From: Candidatus Culexmicrobium cathedralense
GTDB taxonomy: Archaea > Thermoproteota > Methanomethylicia > Culexarchaeales > Culexmicrobiaceae
Direction of reading: 5' to 3'
Assembly (NCBI GenBank): GCA_025061115.1
Contig: JANZKC010000002.1
Coordinates: forward strand, 416,001 to 480,000
Length of the DNA: 64,000 nt
Position numbers and translations under genes: made by a program. Shown in pieces: positions 31,612 to 40,263 of the stretch (position 1 is its first letter; every line of letters begins with the position of its first letter). A model generated the notes under the pieces. That model saw nothing but the letters and a program-made list of their open reading frames with translations, had not been told where the DNA came from and did not search any database.

Positions 31612-33042
31612 ATGGAGCTCTCGATCCTCAGCAACCTCCAAATAGCATCCATGATACTAACGCTGATAATCTCCCTAATTTCATCAGCTGTAATCGGCTT
31701 TCACGTCACGTACTACTGGATTGGAAAAATAAAAAGCAGAGAAGCAGAGCAATTGAAGAAGCTAGAGACGGCGCCTCCCATAACCATAATCGTACCAGTA
31801 AGAAATGAGCCAATAGGCATCATTACTAGACTCCTCGAAGCATTAGCACAACAGCAATACCCCAAGGATAAAATGGAAATAATAGTGGTCAGCGATGATG
31901 AAGAAGCATACTTCAAGGAAATCAAGCAAAAGTTGGAGGAGATCAGCAGCGAGAAAAGTCTTTCGGTAAGAATATTCAGGAGAGAGAATCCCAAGGGATT
32001 TAAAGCAGGAGCGCTGAACTACGCGCTCCAAAGGAGCAATGGAAAATACGTGGTAATCTTCGATGCAGATGCAGTTCCAGAGCCGAACTACCTGAAAAAG
32101 GCAATTCAATTCCTAGAAGCCAATAGTGAAATAGACGGCTTAGCGGCCCGCTGGATTCCGCTAAACATGAGCTCAACACCCATATCTGAAGCTCAAGCAG
32201 TATCCCTAGACTTCCTAACGTCAATTTTCTACGAAGGCCGCTCAAGAATTGAAGGCCCAATAATAGCGCCTGGATGCGGCTGCATCTTCAGGAAAAAAGC
32301 CGTATTAAAGGTTGGAGGGTGGAATGAAGACTGCCTAGCCGAAGACGTAGAACTATCAGTGAAACTCCTACTAAGCGGAGGAAAAATAGCATATTTAAGC
32401 AGCGCCAATGTGAAAGTTGAAAACCCAGAAACCTATGGAGCATTCAAAAAGCAGCAGGCAAGATGGATCTACGGGTCAACCCAAGTTCTAGTGAAGTACT
32501 TCACCAAGATAATTAAGTCCAACATTCCACTACTCTGGAAGCTCGACTTAATACTTTACCTACTGCAATACCACGTGCTCCTAGCCAACTTCGCCTTCGC
32601 AAGCCTAGCCTTAGCATCAATACTCGCTCAAACAGACCTACTACTACCAAGCATTTACTTCTCGCCAATCCTAATGGCACTGCTCGCAATTCAAGCCTAC
32701 GCATATTACGATACGGCCAGAAAGCTCGGCTTTAACACAATTAAAAGCATCACAGTCATGGGAAGATGCACAGCCATAGCAGCAGCCCTAGCGCCATTAG
32801 TGCTTTTGCAAAACGCCAAAATCCTAACAGGATTTAGAGAGAGGTGGTACACAACGCCCAAGGGGCCACTTGCAAAGGCAGTTAAAGGATTAAATCTAGC
32901 AGAGCCACTTCTAGGAATAGCCGGCACGCTTGCAGGCCTACTACTACTAAAAATGGGATTCACCGCCTCAGCCATGTGCCTATTCACGCTAAGCCTACCA
33001 TTCATCTACGTCAGCTGGAAAGCCGGTCGAGGAGTGTGGTGA
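31612..33042 (+). CDS. Glycosyltransferase family 2, processive (cellulose-synthase-like)
   Basis: PVRNE, GFKAGALN, FDAD, AED and QQARW; TM helices at both ends. Confidence 0.92.
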   Translation: MELSILSNLQIASMILTLIISLISSAVIGFHVTYYWIGKIKSREAEQLKKLETAPPITIIVPVRNEPIGIITRLLEALAQQQYPKDKMEIIVVSDDEEAYFKEIKQKLEEISSEKSLSVRIFRRENPKGFKAGALNYALQRSNGKYVVIFDADAVPEPNYLKKAIQFLEANSEIDGLAARWIPLNMSSTPISEAQAVSLDFLTSIFYEGRSRIEGPIIAPGCGCIFRKKAVLKVGGWNEDCLAEDVELSVKLLLSGGKIAYLSSANVKVENPETYGAFKKQQARWIYGSTQVLVKYFTKIIKSNIPLLWKLDLILYLLQYHVLLANFAFASLALASILAQTDLLLPSIYFSPILMALLAIQAYAYYDTARKLGFNTIKSITVMGRCTAIAAALAPLVLLQNAKILTGFRERWYTTPKGPLAKAVKGLNLAEPLLGIAGTLAGLLLLKMGFTASAMCLFTLSLPFIYVSWKAGRGVW

Positions 33043-33080
33043 TAAGGCCATCATCAACCGCGAAATCAGCATAAAGCCAA

Positions 33081-33503
33081 CTACAGCAGGGAAACAACAG
33101 TCACCTTAAGTTGCTTTATCCCCCTAATCTTAGCAAGCTCTCTCATCAATTCCTTAATGCGCCTTGAATCACCCCTTAAAGCCACAATTTCAAGGCAGTT
33201 CTCCTCATCAAGATGAATATGCATTGTTGAGCTAATCACATCCGTAAAGTGGTGCTGCACATGGGTCAACTCATCCTCCAAACCCCTAACAGTGTGGTCG
33301 AAAAGCAGTACAACAGCACCTACACTTTCACCTGAAACTTCCTGCATCCACTTGTAATCGCTAATTAAATTGCGCATGGCAACTTGAATAGCCTTAGACC
33401 TGTCCCTAAACCCCATCTGCCTAATAACATCATCAAACTCCCTCAACAGCTCCCTAGGCACTGAAACCCCGAACCTAGTAACGCGGCTCATCAAATTCAC
33501 CAT
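33081..33503 (-). CDS. nikR: Nickel-responsive regulator NikR
   Basis: RFGVS ribbon, RSKAI..A.R, QH and HIHLDEENCLE. Confidence 0.95.
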   Translation of the reverse strand: MVNLMSRVTRFGVSVPRELLREFDDVIRQMGFRDRSKAIQVAMRNLISDYKWMQEVSGESVGAVVLLFDHTVRGLEDELTHVQHHFTDVISSTMHIHLDEENCLEIVALRGDSRRIKELMRELAKIRGIKQLKVTVVSLL

Positions 33504-33552
33504 CCAGTTAATATTAATAATGAACCCTTAATTAACGATTAGCCGACATAAA

Positions 33553-33580
33553 GTATCACGAAAAAGTATTTAAGTAACAC
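33553..33580. promoter_or_regulatory. Putative NikR operator overlapping the TATA box of the divergent gene
   Basis: GTATCA-N16-TAACAC has the spacing of the E. coli NikR box GTATGA-N16-TCATAC; the spacer contains AAAAGTATTTAAG. Confidence 0.6.
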
Positions 33581-33605
33581 AAATACACCAAGCAAGGGGT
33601 TTAAA

Positions 33606-33959
33606 GTGCCCGAACAGCTAGTTGGAGAAATTAGGAAGCTCGAGAAAAGATTAAGCGACTACATAGCAGTGGGAGAAGAAGCCCTCACAACCCTTAGAGA
33701 ACTACGAAAGACCATCGAAGAGCTGCACAAGCTCAACGAGTTAATTGACAAGAGCAAGGCATCTAATTGCAATGCTAAACAAATACTTGAACTGAAATCC
33801 GAAATCATTAAAAGGATAGCCGCAGCATTCGAAGAACTACATAGAGTCGACCACACTAAAGGCCACTTCATCGAAAACATGATTTCGCTAATCGCCGAAA
33901 TGGAGAAGCATGTGAAAAATGCGATCACAGAACTTATTTCGACACATATAAAGGACTGA
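33606..33959 (+). CDS. Hypothetical helical protein with His cluster
   Basis: 117-aa coiled-coil-like ORF with LHRVDHTKGHF; divergent from nikR. Confidence 0.7.
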   Translation: MPEQLVGEIRKLEKRLSDYIAVGEEALTTLRELRKTIEELHKLNELIDKSKASNCNAKQILELKSEIIKRIAAAFEELHRVDHTKGHFIENMISLIAEMEKHVKNAITELISTHIKD

Positions 33960-34020
33960 TCCATCCAAAATGAAATTCTTATTAGGCAAATGGGCATGAG
34001 CAGATAAGCGTGATGCAATA

Positions 34021-35391
34021 ATGAAACCCAATGCCATCGAAGAGCTCCGCAAAATTTTCGGTTCAAGGCTGCTGACAGAGGAGGACGTGCTAAAACCCTA
34101 CATGGAAGACGAGTCATATCTAAAAGCAAGGCCAAGTGCAGTAGTAATCCCAGAAAAAGTCGAGGAAATAGAGCAACTCGTCAAAATAGCCATTAAATAT
34201 GGAATTCCACTAACTGCAAGGGGCTCAGGAACATCGCTGAGCGGAGGAGCGGTTCCAGTAGAGGGAGGAGTAGTCGTAGATTTTAGGAGAATGAGCAAAA
34301 TTCTGGAAATAAGTCCAGATGACATGCAGGTTCTAGTTGAACCTGGAGTAATATACGACGAACTCAACGCGCAGCTTGCCAAATACAACCTATTCCTACC
34401 TCCAAACCCATCAACCGGAGACCAGTGCACCATAGGAGGAATGGTCGCTGAAAACGCAGCAGGACCGAGAAGCTTCAAGTACGGCACAACCAGAAACTGG
34501 GTTTTAGGCTTAGAAGTTGTAACATCAGCCCTCGGTAGAATTTGGGTGGGATCTAGAACCAAGAAGTGGGTGTCAGGCTACGACCTAGTTAGGCTATTCG
34601 TAGGAAGCGAGGGAACCTTAGGATTAATAACCAAAGTCCTACTGCGATTAGCTCCAAAACCCGAAAGGCGAATGGGAATAATCGCCCCATTCAACAGCAT
34701 CGAAGAGGCAGGAAAAGCCATAGTTACACTAGCAAGAAGCGGAATTGACATATCAGCACTAGAAATAATTGACGCCACAACAATGAGCGCGGTTAACAAG
34801 GTCCACAACGTAGGATTCCCGGAAGCAGAAGCAGCAATCCTAATCGAAGTCGAAGGCTCCAGCGAAGAAGACATCCAATTGAAACTCGAGAAATTAGCGT
34901 CACTACTAGATAAGTTCGAGGTTAAAGAGCCAGGTCCACTGGTATTCTTCAATGCAGATGAAATGTGGAGCAAAAGAAAGCTAGCCGGAGAATCGCTGGA
35001 AAAACTCTATGGAGGAAGAGTGGACGAAGACGTGATAGTCCCAATATCAAAGCTCCCAGAGCTGATACGCGAGATCAAGGAGATAGCCAAGCGAAACAAC
35101 ATCCAAATAGCAGTTTTCGGCCACGCGGGAGACGGCCACCTACACCCATGCATCCTAATAGATAAAAGCAGAGCCTACACACCCGAAATTGAAGGCATAA
35201 AAAAGGAAATATTTAAGGCAGCAGTAAAGCTTGGAGGAGCACTAAGCGGAGAACATGGAATTGGACTTGCCAAAAAAGCATATCTACCACTGGAATTCGA
35301 GGAGAAAACGCTTCAAGCATTCAGAAAAATCAAGATGGCATTAGACCCATACAACATAATGAATCCAGGCAAAAAGATAATCAGCAATTAA
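34021..35391 (+). CDS. FAD-linked oxidase (GlcD/D-lactate dehydrogenase family)
   Basis: RGSGTSLSGG, TIGGMVAENAAG, GSEGTLG, GHAGDGHLH, SGEHGIG and NPGK. Confidence 0.93.
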   Translation: MKPNAIEELRKIFGSRLLTEEDVLKPYMEDESYLKARPSAVVIPEKVEEIEQLVKIAIKYGIPLTARGSGTSLSGGAVPVEGGVVVDFRRMSKILEISPDDMQVLVEPGVIYDELNAQLAKYNLFLPPNPSTGDQCTIGGMVAENAAGPRSFKYGTTRNWVLGLEVVTSALGRIWVGSRTKKWVSGYDLVRLFVGSEGTLGLITKVLLRLAPKPERRMGIIAPFNSIEEAGKAIVTLARSGIDISALEIIDATTMSAVNKVHNVGFPEAEAAILIEVEGSSEEDIQLKLEKLASLLDKFEVKEPGPLVFFNADEMWSKRKLAGESLEKLYGGRVDEDVIVPISKLPELIREIKEIAKRNNIQIAVFGHAGDGHLHPCILIDKSRAYTPEIEGIKKEIFKAAVKLGGALSGEHGIGLAKKAYLPLEFEEKTLQAFRKIKMALDPYNIMNPGKKIISN

Positions 35392-35549
35392 GCATCAAGG
35401 CTGCAACCCAAATCCCATAAAGCACACAGAAAGCCGCCAACAACAATAATTCAAGCACTACCCCGCATCTAGGAATAAAACGGTGCAATTGGTGGGCCGA
35501 AATAGCTTTAAATCCTCGTTTAAACCCTCGTGTTCGAGCAGGTTTAACG

Positions 35550-35562
35550 CAGGAATTGTAGC
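35550..35562 (+). repeat. Left copy of 13-bp island-end direct repeat
   Basis: CAGGAATTGTAGC, identical at 41320-41332 (17/19 when extended). Confidence 0.75.
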
Positions 35563-35595
35563 AGTTTAGGATATCGATTAGTAGCGCATTCTAGA

Positions 35596-36224
35596 TCACT
35601 CGTGTATGGATGTATTGACGATTGCATACAGGCATGTTTCCTTAAGGGGACATTCTCCACATCTGGGCACACTCCCACATATACCGTATCTTCTCCTGCT
35701 GCAGAATGACCAGATGAAGGTATCTACGATGCCCGGAGCGTTGCCTAAATCGATTCCGAATATCGTATAATTTTTCAAGTAGTCGGAACAGAATCGGGTT
35801 AATGCATTTTGGAGAGATGCTTTCTGTAGGGGGTCGTTCCTGCCCTTTATGCTACACACATGATAGATTCCGGTCCTGATTATGAACCTCATCTCATATC
35901 TATCCATCGGGATCCTGTCCCAGTACCCGCAACTTCTAAGGTAATCGTCTCTCTCCTTCTCGCCCAGTACTTTAGTTCTCCCCTGTATCGCTAGGTTATA
36001 TAAATCCTTTCGGCTCCCCATTCCTCTCTAACGACTCTTCTTACCTCGTTCTCAATGCTGTTTATTCTTTCCCTTAATGCAGAAACCTTGTGAAGAATAT
36101 CACCGTACCTGTTCTTAATCCTTTCCAATAGTTCATATGCAGATTGATAATCCTCAGCCCATATTACTATTACAGTTTTTCGTAGATCTTTAATGAGGGA
36201 CAACAACTTTTCTGATACTTCCAT
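35596..36224 (-). pseudogene. HhH-GPD/endonuclease III-like protein with 4Fe-4S motif, frameshifted near 36018
   Basis: VLGEKERDDYLRSCG..IPMDR.EMR HhH-like motif plus CGSVPRCGECPLKETC; the two ORFs join if one G is added to a G4 run. Confidence 0.65.
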
Positions 36225-36228
36225 CTCC

Positions 36229-36503
36229 CTACACCTCCAACAAAGTTGCGAATAGCTTGTAGGCCATATTCTTGAAGTCCCTCATAGCCAGAGATATGAT
36301 CGCTAGAGGAGGCGAGGCACCATAACGGCTTAAGAGCCTCGATGCGTTTTCAACGATCCGATGGCTCCTGTCAGGACGGGAAACGCACCTCTACACGGTA
36401 TGAGAAGGCAGTCATAGCCCTGCCCAGCTAGGTCGATTAGGGCCTTCGCGGCTTCAAAACAGCCTGATGAGAAGCTCATCAGATCCTTGGCTTGTATGCT
36501 CAT
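36229..36503 (-). pseudogene. Internally deleted hypothetical gene
   Basis: N-terminal MSIQAKDLMSFSSGCFEAAKALIDLAGQGYDCLLIPCRGAFPVL joined out of frame to C-terminal IVENASRLLSRYG...LFATLLEV*, whose stop lies next to the start of the HhH gene. Confidence 0.45.
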
Positions 36504-36601
36504 ATTCCTGAGCCCGTGAAAGATGAAACCGGCTCAAATTATTAACTTTAGCATAGGGCGGAAGGCTCTGGGTAGCGTTCCGGTAGTGCCGATAAGTATT
36601 T

Positions 36602-36626
36602 AATTATTACCGCTATGGTAATAATT
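36602..36626. promoter_or_regulatory. Perfect inverted repeat, putative antitoxin operator
   Basis: AATTATTACC-gctat-GGTAATAATT between a TATA-like element and the start of the wHTH gene. Confidence 0.65.
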
Positions 36627-36629
36627 GAG

Positions 36630-37256
36630 ATGGCATACTACGATTTGTGGGCTGTGTTGTGGAGCTGGAAGAGGGAGTTCACGGTAGCCGAGTTCAGGTC
36701 CGTATTTCCCAGCCCCAGCCCGAATAAGGTCTTACACGACATGGCCAAGAAAGGGTTGTTGGAGAAGGTGGGCTGGGGCAGGTACAGGGTAAATTCTCCA
36801 AGAGAGTATTTGGAGATGAGGTTCAACGTTAGAGACGCGTACGAGTTGGTCAGAGAGGCTGCGATGGACTACGCGTTCACGGGTCCTGACGCCGTCTTCT
36901 TCTGGACCAAGGGCGGATATAACGTGGACCGCTTCTTCGCCTTCTACCCGATCCACTTGAAGGTCAAGAAAGACGAATTAGTAAAATGGGAGAGGTTCTT
37001 TGAGTCCAAGGGTAGGAGGTTTCACGTGAACGGTGAGCCTATCAGGAGGACCTTGTTCGGAACCTTCTACGTCTTATACCCCGAAGATGAGTTTAGAGCT
37101 GATGAGGTTGATGGCTTCAAGGTCATACCGTTAGATGAGGCCATCGAGTTCTGCAGGAGAAACATATACTCCTATGAGCCGGCCTTGGAGATGTTGGACG
37201 AGATGTACGGCTTGGGGTTAGGCGCCAAGTATAGGGAGGCAAAAACAAATCTCTAG
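36630..37256 (+). CDS. AbiEi-like antitoxin (N-terminal wHTH)
   Basis: FTVAEF...KVLHDMAKKGLLEKVGWGRY wHTH; YAFTG..A..FWT.GGY; coupled to a nucleotidyltransferase gene. Confidence 0.65.
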   Translation: MAYYDLWAVLWSWKREFTVAEFRSVFPSPSPNKVLHDMAKKGLLEKVGWGRYRVNSPREYLEMRFNVRDAYELVREAAMDYAFTGPDAVFFWTKGGYNVDRFFAFYPIHLKVKKDELVKWERFFESKGRRFHVNGEPIRRTLFGTFYVLYPEDEFRADEVDGFKVIPLDEAIEFCRRNIYSYEPALEMLDEMYGLGLGAKYREAKTNL

Positions 37257-37265
37257 TGGTAGGTT

Positions 37266-37967
37266 ATGGCCGCGCTCTTTGTAGAGAGGGAGAACGAGGT
37301 CCTCAAAACAATCAGAGCCTTCGCTGACGCAGGTCTCGATTTCGTCGTGGTAGGTGGTTATGCCGTCAGCGGCCTCGGAAGACATAGGTTCTCAGTCGAC
37401 CTCGACGTGGTAGTCGACGAGAAGGATCTAGACGCCTTCACGAAGATCCTCGAGGAGAGGGCGTTCGAGCGGTGTGCCGAAAGGGCTGGCTTCGACCAGG
37501 CCTACGGGGGCAGGTTCGTGAGCTACGTCAAGAGGATAGATGGTCTACCAGTGACGGCGGATCTCCTGGTCGGAAGCTTGGTTTGCAGGGCCACGGGAGC
37601 TTCATGGAGCTACGACTATATAAAGAGGCATTCGATAGTGGCGGAGGTGTCAGGCATAGAGCTATCGGTTAGATGCAGGGTACCTGAGAGGGAACTTCTC
37701 ATAGCCCTAAAAATACACTCGGGGAGGAGGGCGGACCTGAGAGACGTAGTCGTGCTGATGGAAGGAGCTGATGTCGATGAGATAGTTAGGCATCTGAAGA
37801 GGGGGAATTTAGAGAAGCTCAAAACCCAGATAGACAGCATGGTTGAGATGCTAAGGGACCCAAGGCTCGTGGATTCGCTTAAAGGAGTGTTTTACATCCA
37901 TAAGGACGTGACAGATGAGATCGGAAGAACGCTTAGAGTCTTGGAAAGGATCCGAAAAGCGATCTAG
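37266..37967 (+). CDS. Nucleotidyltransferase, AbiEii-like toxin
   Basis: VVVGGYAV......RFSVDLDVVV and LIALK..SGR..DLRD motifs. Confidence 0.8.
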   Translation: MAALFVERENEVLKTIRAFADAGLDFVVVGGYAVSGLGRHRFSVDLDVVVDEKDLDAFTKILEERAFERCAERAGFDQAYGGRFVSYVKRIDGLPVTADLLVGSLVCRATGASWSYDYIKRHSIVAEVSGIELSVRCRVPERELLIALKIHSGRRADLRDVVVLMEGADVDEIVRHLKRGNLEKLKTQIDSMVEMLRDPRLVDSLKGVFYIHKDVTDEIGRTLRVLERIRKAI

Positions 37968-38189
37968 GCGTATTCGACTATCTTCTCGATATCCCTAACC
38001 ATGAACGAGCTACCTGTCCTTTCCTTGACTAATGCGGTCCTGAAGCCCTCTAAGCACATCATCAGTCACCTTTCAATATAAAATGGCACGCTATTATATC
38101 TAAATCCCATGTCATCTTCAAGGCTAGAAAGGCGAAAATTTATTTTACGGCGAGCGTTCCTTAATTCATATGGTCCTCCAGCAAACGCG

Positions 38190-39512
38190 CTATAAGCAAC
38201 CGAGAGAAGTTAGATCTAAATCTTCACTAGAGCTGAGTTGACACTCTCCCCGCTTTAGCGGGGAGATTCTTGCTTCTAAGGTTTTCATCGGTCTTGTGTT
38301 CATTGCCCTTCTAGGCTCCCACTTCATCCCATTCCACCTTAGAAGCAAGGGCTGTGCCACCAGCCCGTTATCCCTATCCCTCCAAGAGGGACTCGGGATT
38401 ATAGCTCCATATATTTTAGCTATGTTCAGGACACCTACAACGTCTGCATTAATCGTCTTTTCACATTTAGGGCAGATAAACAAACCTCTACGCTTTCTGG
38501 TACCTTCTGAACCACAGAATGGGCATATACTCGAAGTTTTATATTCACTAACTTCTATCACTTCTATCCCGTATTCCTCAGCCTTCTCTTTTAATCTTTG
38601 AATTATCCATTTGAAACTCCAGAAGTTGTGTATCATGGAGTTTGCCTTGACATTTTTATGATTATTACTTCTTATTCCCTTAAGGTTCCCTACTACTATC
38701 TTTGAAATTCCCATTTGTTGTGCGTATTCTACTATCGTCTTAATCATAGCGTTGATTGCATGTCTAAATCTCTTTTTTCTAATCCTATAGAGTTTTTTAA
38801 GCCTTCTTGAAGTTCTAACTCTATTAATCTTAGCTAGTCTGCTCTGCTCCCTAGCTATTTTCTTTGTCCAGTACCACCAGTCCGCTAAGATTACTCTTCC
38901 TGAGAAAACTATGGACTGTCTCATTTCCTCATGCCAGATAGTGGCTAGATTCACCACTCCTAAGTCGATGTAGAGGGGCTTATTGCCCCCTCTAACGGGA
39001 GGCTTCTCGACCTTAACCGCCATAAAGCCCCTCCACACCCCATCCACTTCATCGTAGATTATTTCAAGCCTTCCTTGTCTACCTTGCCACTTGAGTTTCC
39101 CCCAATACCTTAGTTTAAGACCCTTAGGGAGGTACAGGTATTTATCATCAATCCTGTAGCAGTTGTTTCTAATGATTATCCTAAGCTCCCTCCTGCCTTT
39201 CCTCTTCCAGTATCTAGGCATGGTCACCTTCTTAATATAAGGTGGAAGCTTGCCTAATTTCTCAAGCCTCTTAAGCTTTAGGAAGCTTCTCCAAGCCTCG
39301 TTGTTCTTTCTTATCACTTGTTGTGCTGTTGCTGAGCCTGTTAATGGAGCATACTTCTTATATAGATGCTTAGGATACCACTCGAACTTCTTGTAGTGGA
39401 TATATGCTTGCCTGCGCTCGAAGTTAAGCTCGTTCCACAGTCTAGCACAATTATCAGCTAGCTCCCAAAGGGCTGGGCTATCCTTGACTATGAATGTGTT
39501 TGTCCTTTCCAT
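38190..39512 (-). CDS. tnpB: RNA-guided endonuclease TnpB; ORF reads through the right end
   Basis: RuvC-I IDLG, Zn finger CPFCG...CPKC and RuvC-III NAD..G..NI. Confidence 0.95.
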   Translation of the reverse strand: MERTNTFIVKDSPALWELADNCARLWNELNFERRQAYIHYKKFEWYPKHLYKKYAPLTGSATAQQVIRKNNEAWRSFLKLKRLEKLGKLPPYIKKVTMPRYWKRKGRRELRIIIRNNCYRIDDKYLYLPKGLKLRYWGKLKWQGRQGRLEIIYDEVDGVWRGFMAVKVEKPPVRGGNKPLYIDLGVVNLATIWHEEMRQSIVFSGRVILADWWYWTKKIAREQSRLAKINRVRTSRRLKKLYRIRKKRFRHAINAMIKTIVEYAQQMGISKIVVGNLKGIRSNNHKNVKANSMIHNFWSFKWIIQRLKEKAEEYGIEVIEVSEYKTSSICPFCGSEGTRKRRGLFICPKCEKTINADVVGVLNIAKIYGAIIPSPSWRDRDNGLVAQPLLLRWNGMKWEPRRAMNTRPMKTLEARISPLKRGECQLSSSEDLDLTSLGCL

Positions 39513-39986
39513 TTCTTCTCACCTTGCTCTTCTATATACCTCTGGATGGTTTCAGACGATACGTATCCAGCTGTTGAGACGAAGTAGCTCCTAGTCCATA
39601 ATGATGGAAGCTTTAAAAGCTCGGGGAATTCGCTTCTAAGTACTCTGGATGTTCTCCCTTTAATCCTCCGCAGAACTATATGTGGAGACCAGTATGGCTG
39701 GACTGATATGAATAAATGAACATGGTCTGGTTTAATCTCTAGAGCTAGAATTTCCCAGCCGTACTCTTTAGCTATCTCCCTGATAAGTTGCTCCAGCCTC
39801 CTCTTAATAGCTCCAACTAATACTGGCTTTCTCCTCTTTGGAATCCACACGAAATGATAGTTACAGAGATATACTGCATGTCTAGTTCGTCGATAGCTCA
39901 TCAATATCTACAATAAGCTGTTGATTGTTTAAACCTATCGACGCCATTCCCCCCGCTAAAGCAGGGGGCTTTCTGGCGTCATTTTT
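38238..39986 (-). mobile_element. Complete IS200/IS605-family element, IS608-like
   Basis: On the minus strand, LE is TTAC|AAAAATGACGCCAG-AAAG-CCCCCTGCTTTAGCGGGGGG and RE is GAAT-CTCCCCGCTAAAGCGGGGAGAGTG-TCAA|; tnpA and tnpB are co-directional. Confidence 0.93.
39488..39904 (-). CDS. tnpA: Y1 HUH transposase TnpA
   Basis: YHFVWIPK.R, DHVHLF, LW..SYFVSTAG and catalytic YIEEQ. Confidence 0.96.
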   Translation of the reverse strand: MMSYRRTRHAVYLCNYHFVWIPKRRKPVLVGAIKRRLEQLIREIAKEYGWEILALEIKPDHVHLFISVQPYWSPHIVLRRIKGRTSRVLRSEFPELLKLPSLWTRSYFVSTAGYVSSETIQRYIEEQGEKKWKGQTHS

Positions 39987-40263
39987 GTAAATTATACGAT
40001 ATCGGAAGAGAGGCGGAGAGCCACGATTACGGTTGAAACTACCGATCCCGTGAATCCATCACCCCTGATAATGCTCTGCACGTTTACGGGTGGCATGGCA
40101 GGATACGCGTTAGGATCCATTTTTGATGGTTGCAGAAGAGACCTCTGGGCTTTCATCGGGGCGACGGTCGGCTTGGCAGTCTCCGCTTGGTGTTACTGCT
40201 CTTCTAACTAAAGAGACAGCCTTTAGTCTTTTAAACAAGGATATCGAAACAGAGGAGTTCAGG

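Larger units (their letters stand above)
38170..40211 (+). pseudogene. Small membrane-protein gene split by the IS
   Basis: Joining the IS flanks restores ...AE|VNYTISEERRRATITVETTDPVNPSPLIMLCTFTGGMAGYALGSIF...FIGATVGLAVSAWCYCSSN*; one extra A near 38219 links it to ATG 38170. Confidence 0.5.

Noticed and set aside
35514-35570. Integron attC site
   Set aside because: The bulged hairpin lacks properly placed RYYYAAC/GTTRRRY boxes, is not repeated between genes, and no IntI is present; kept only as an island-end motif.
40123-40263. N-terminal extension of the nuclease ORF
   Set aside because: It overlaps the IS-split gene remnant; a better SD and ATG lie at 40264.
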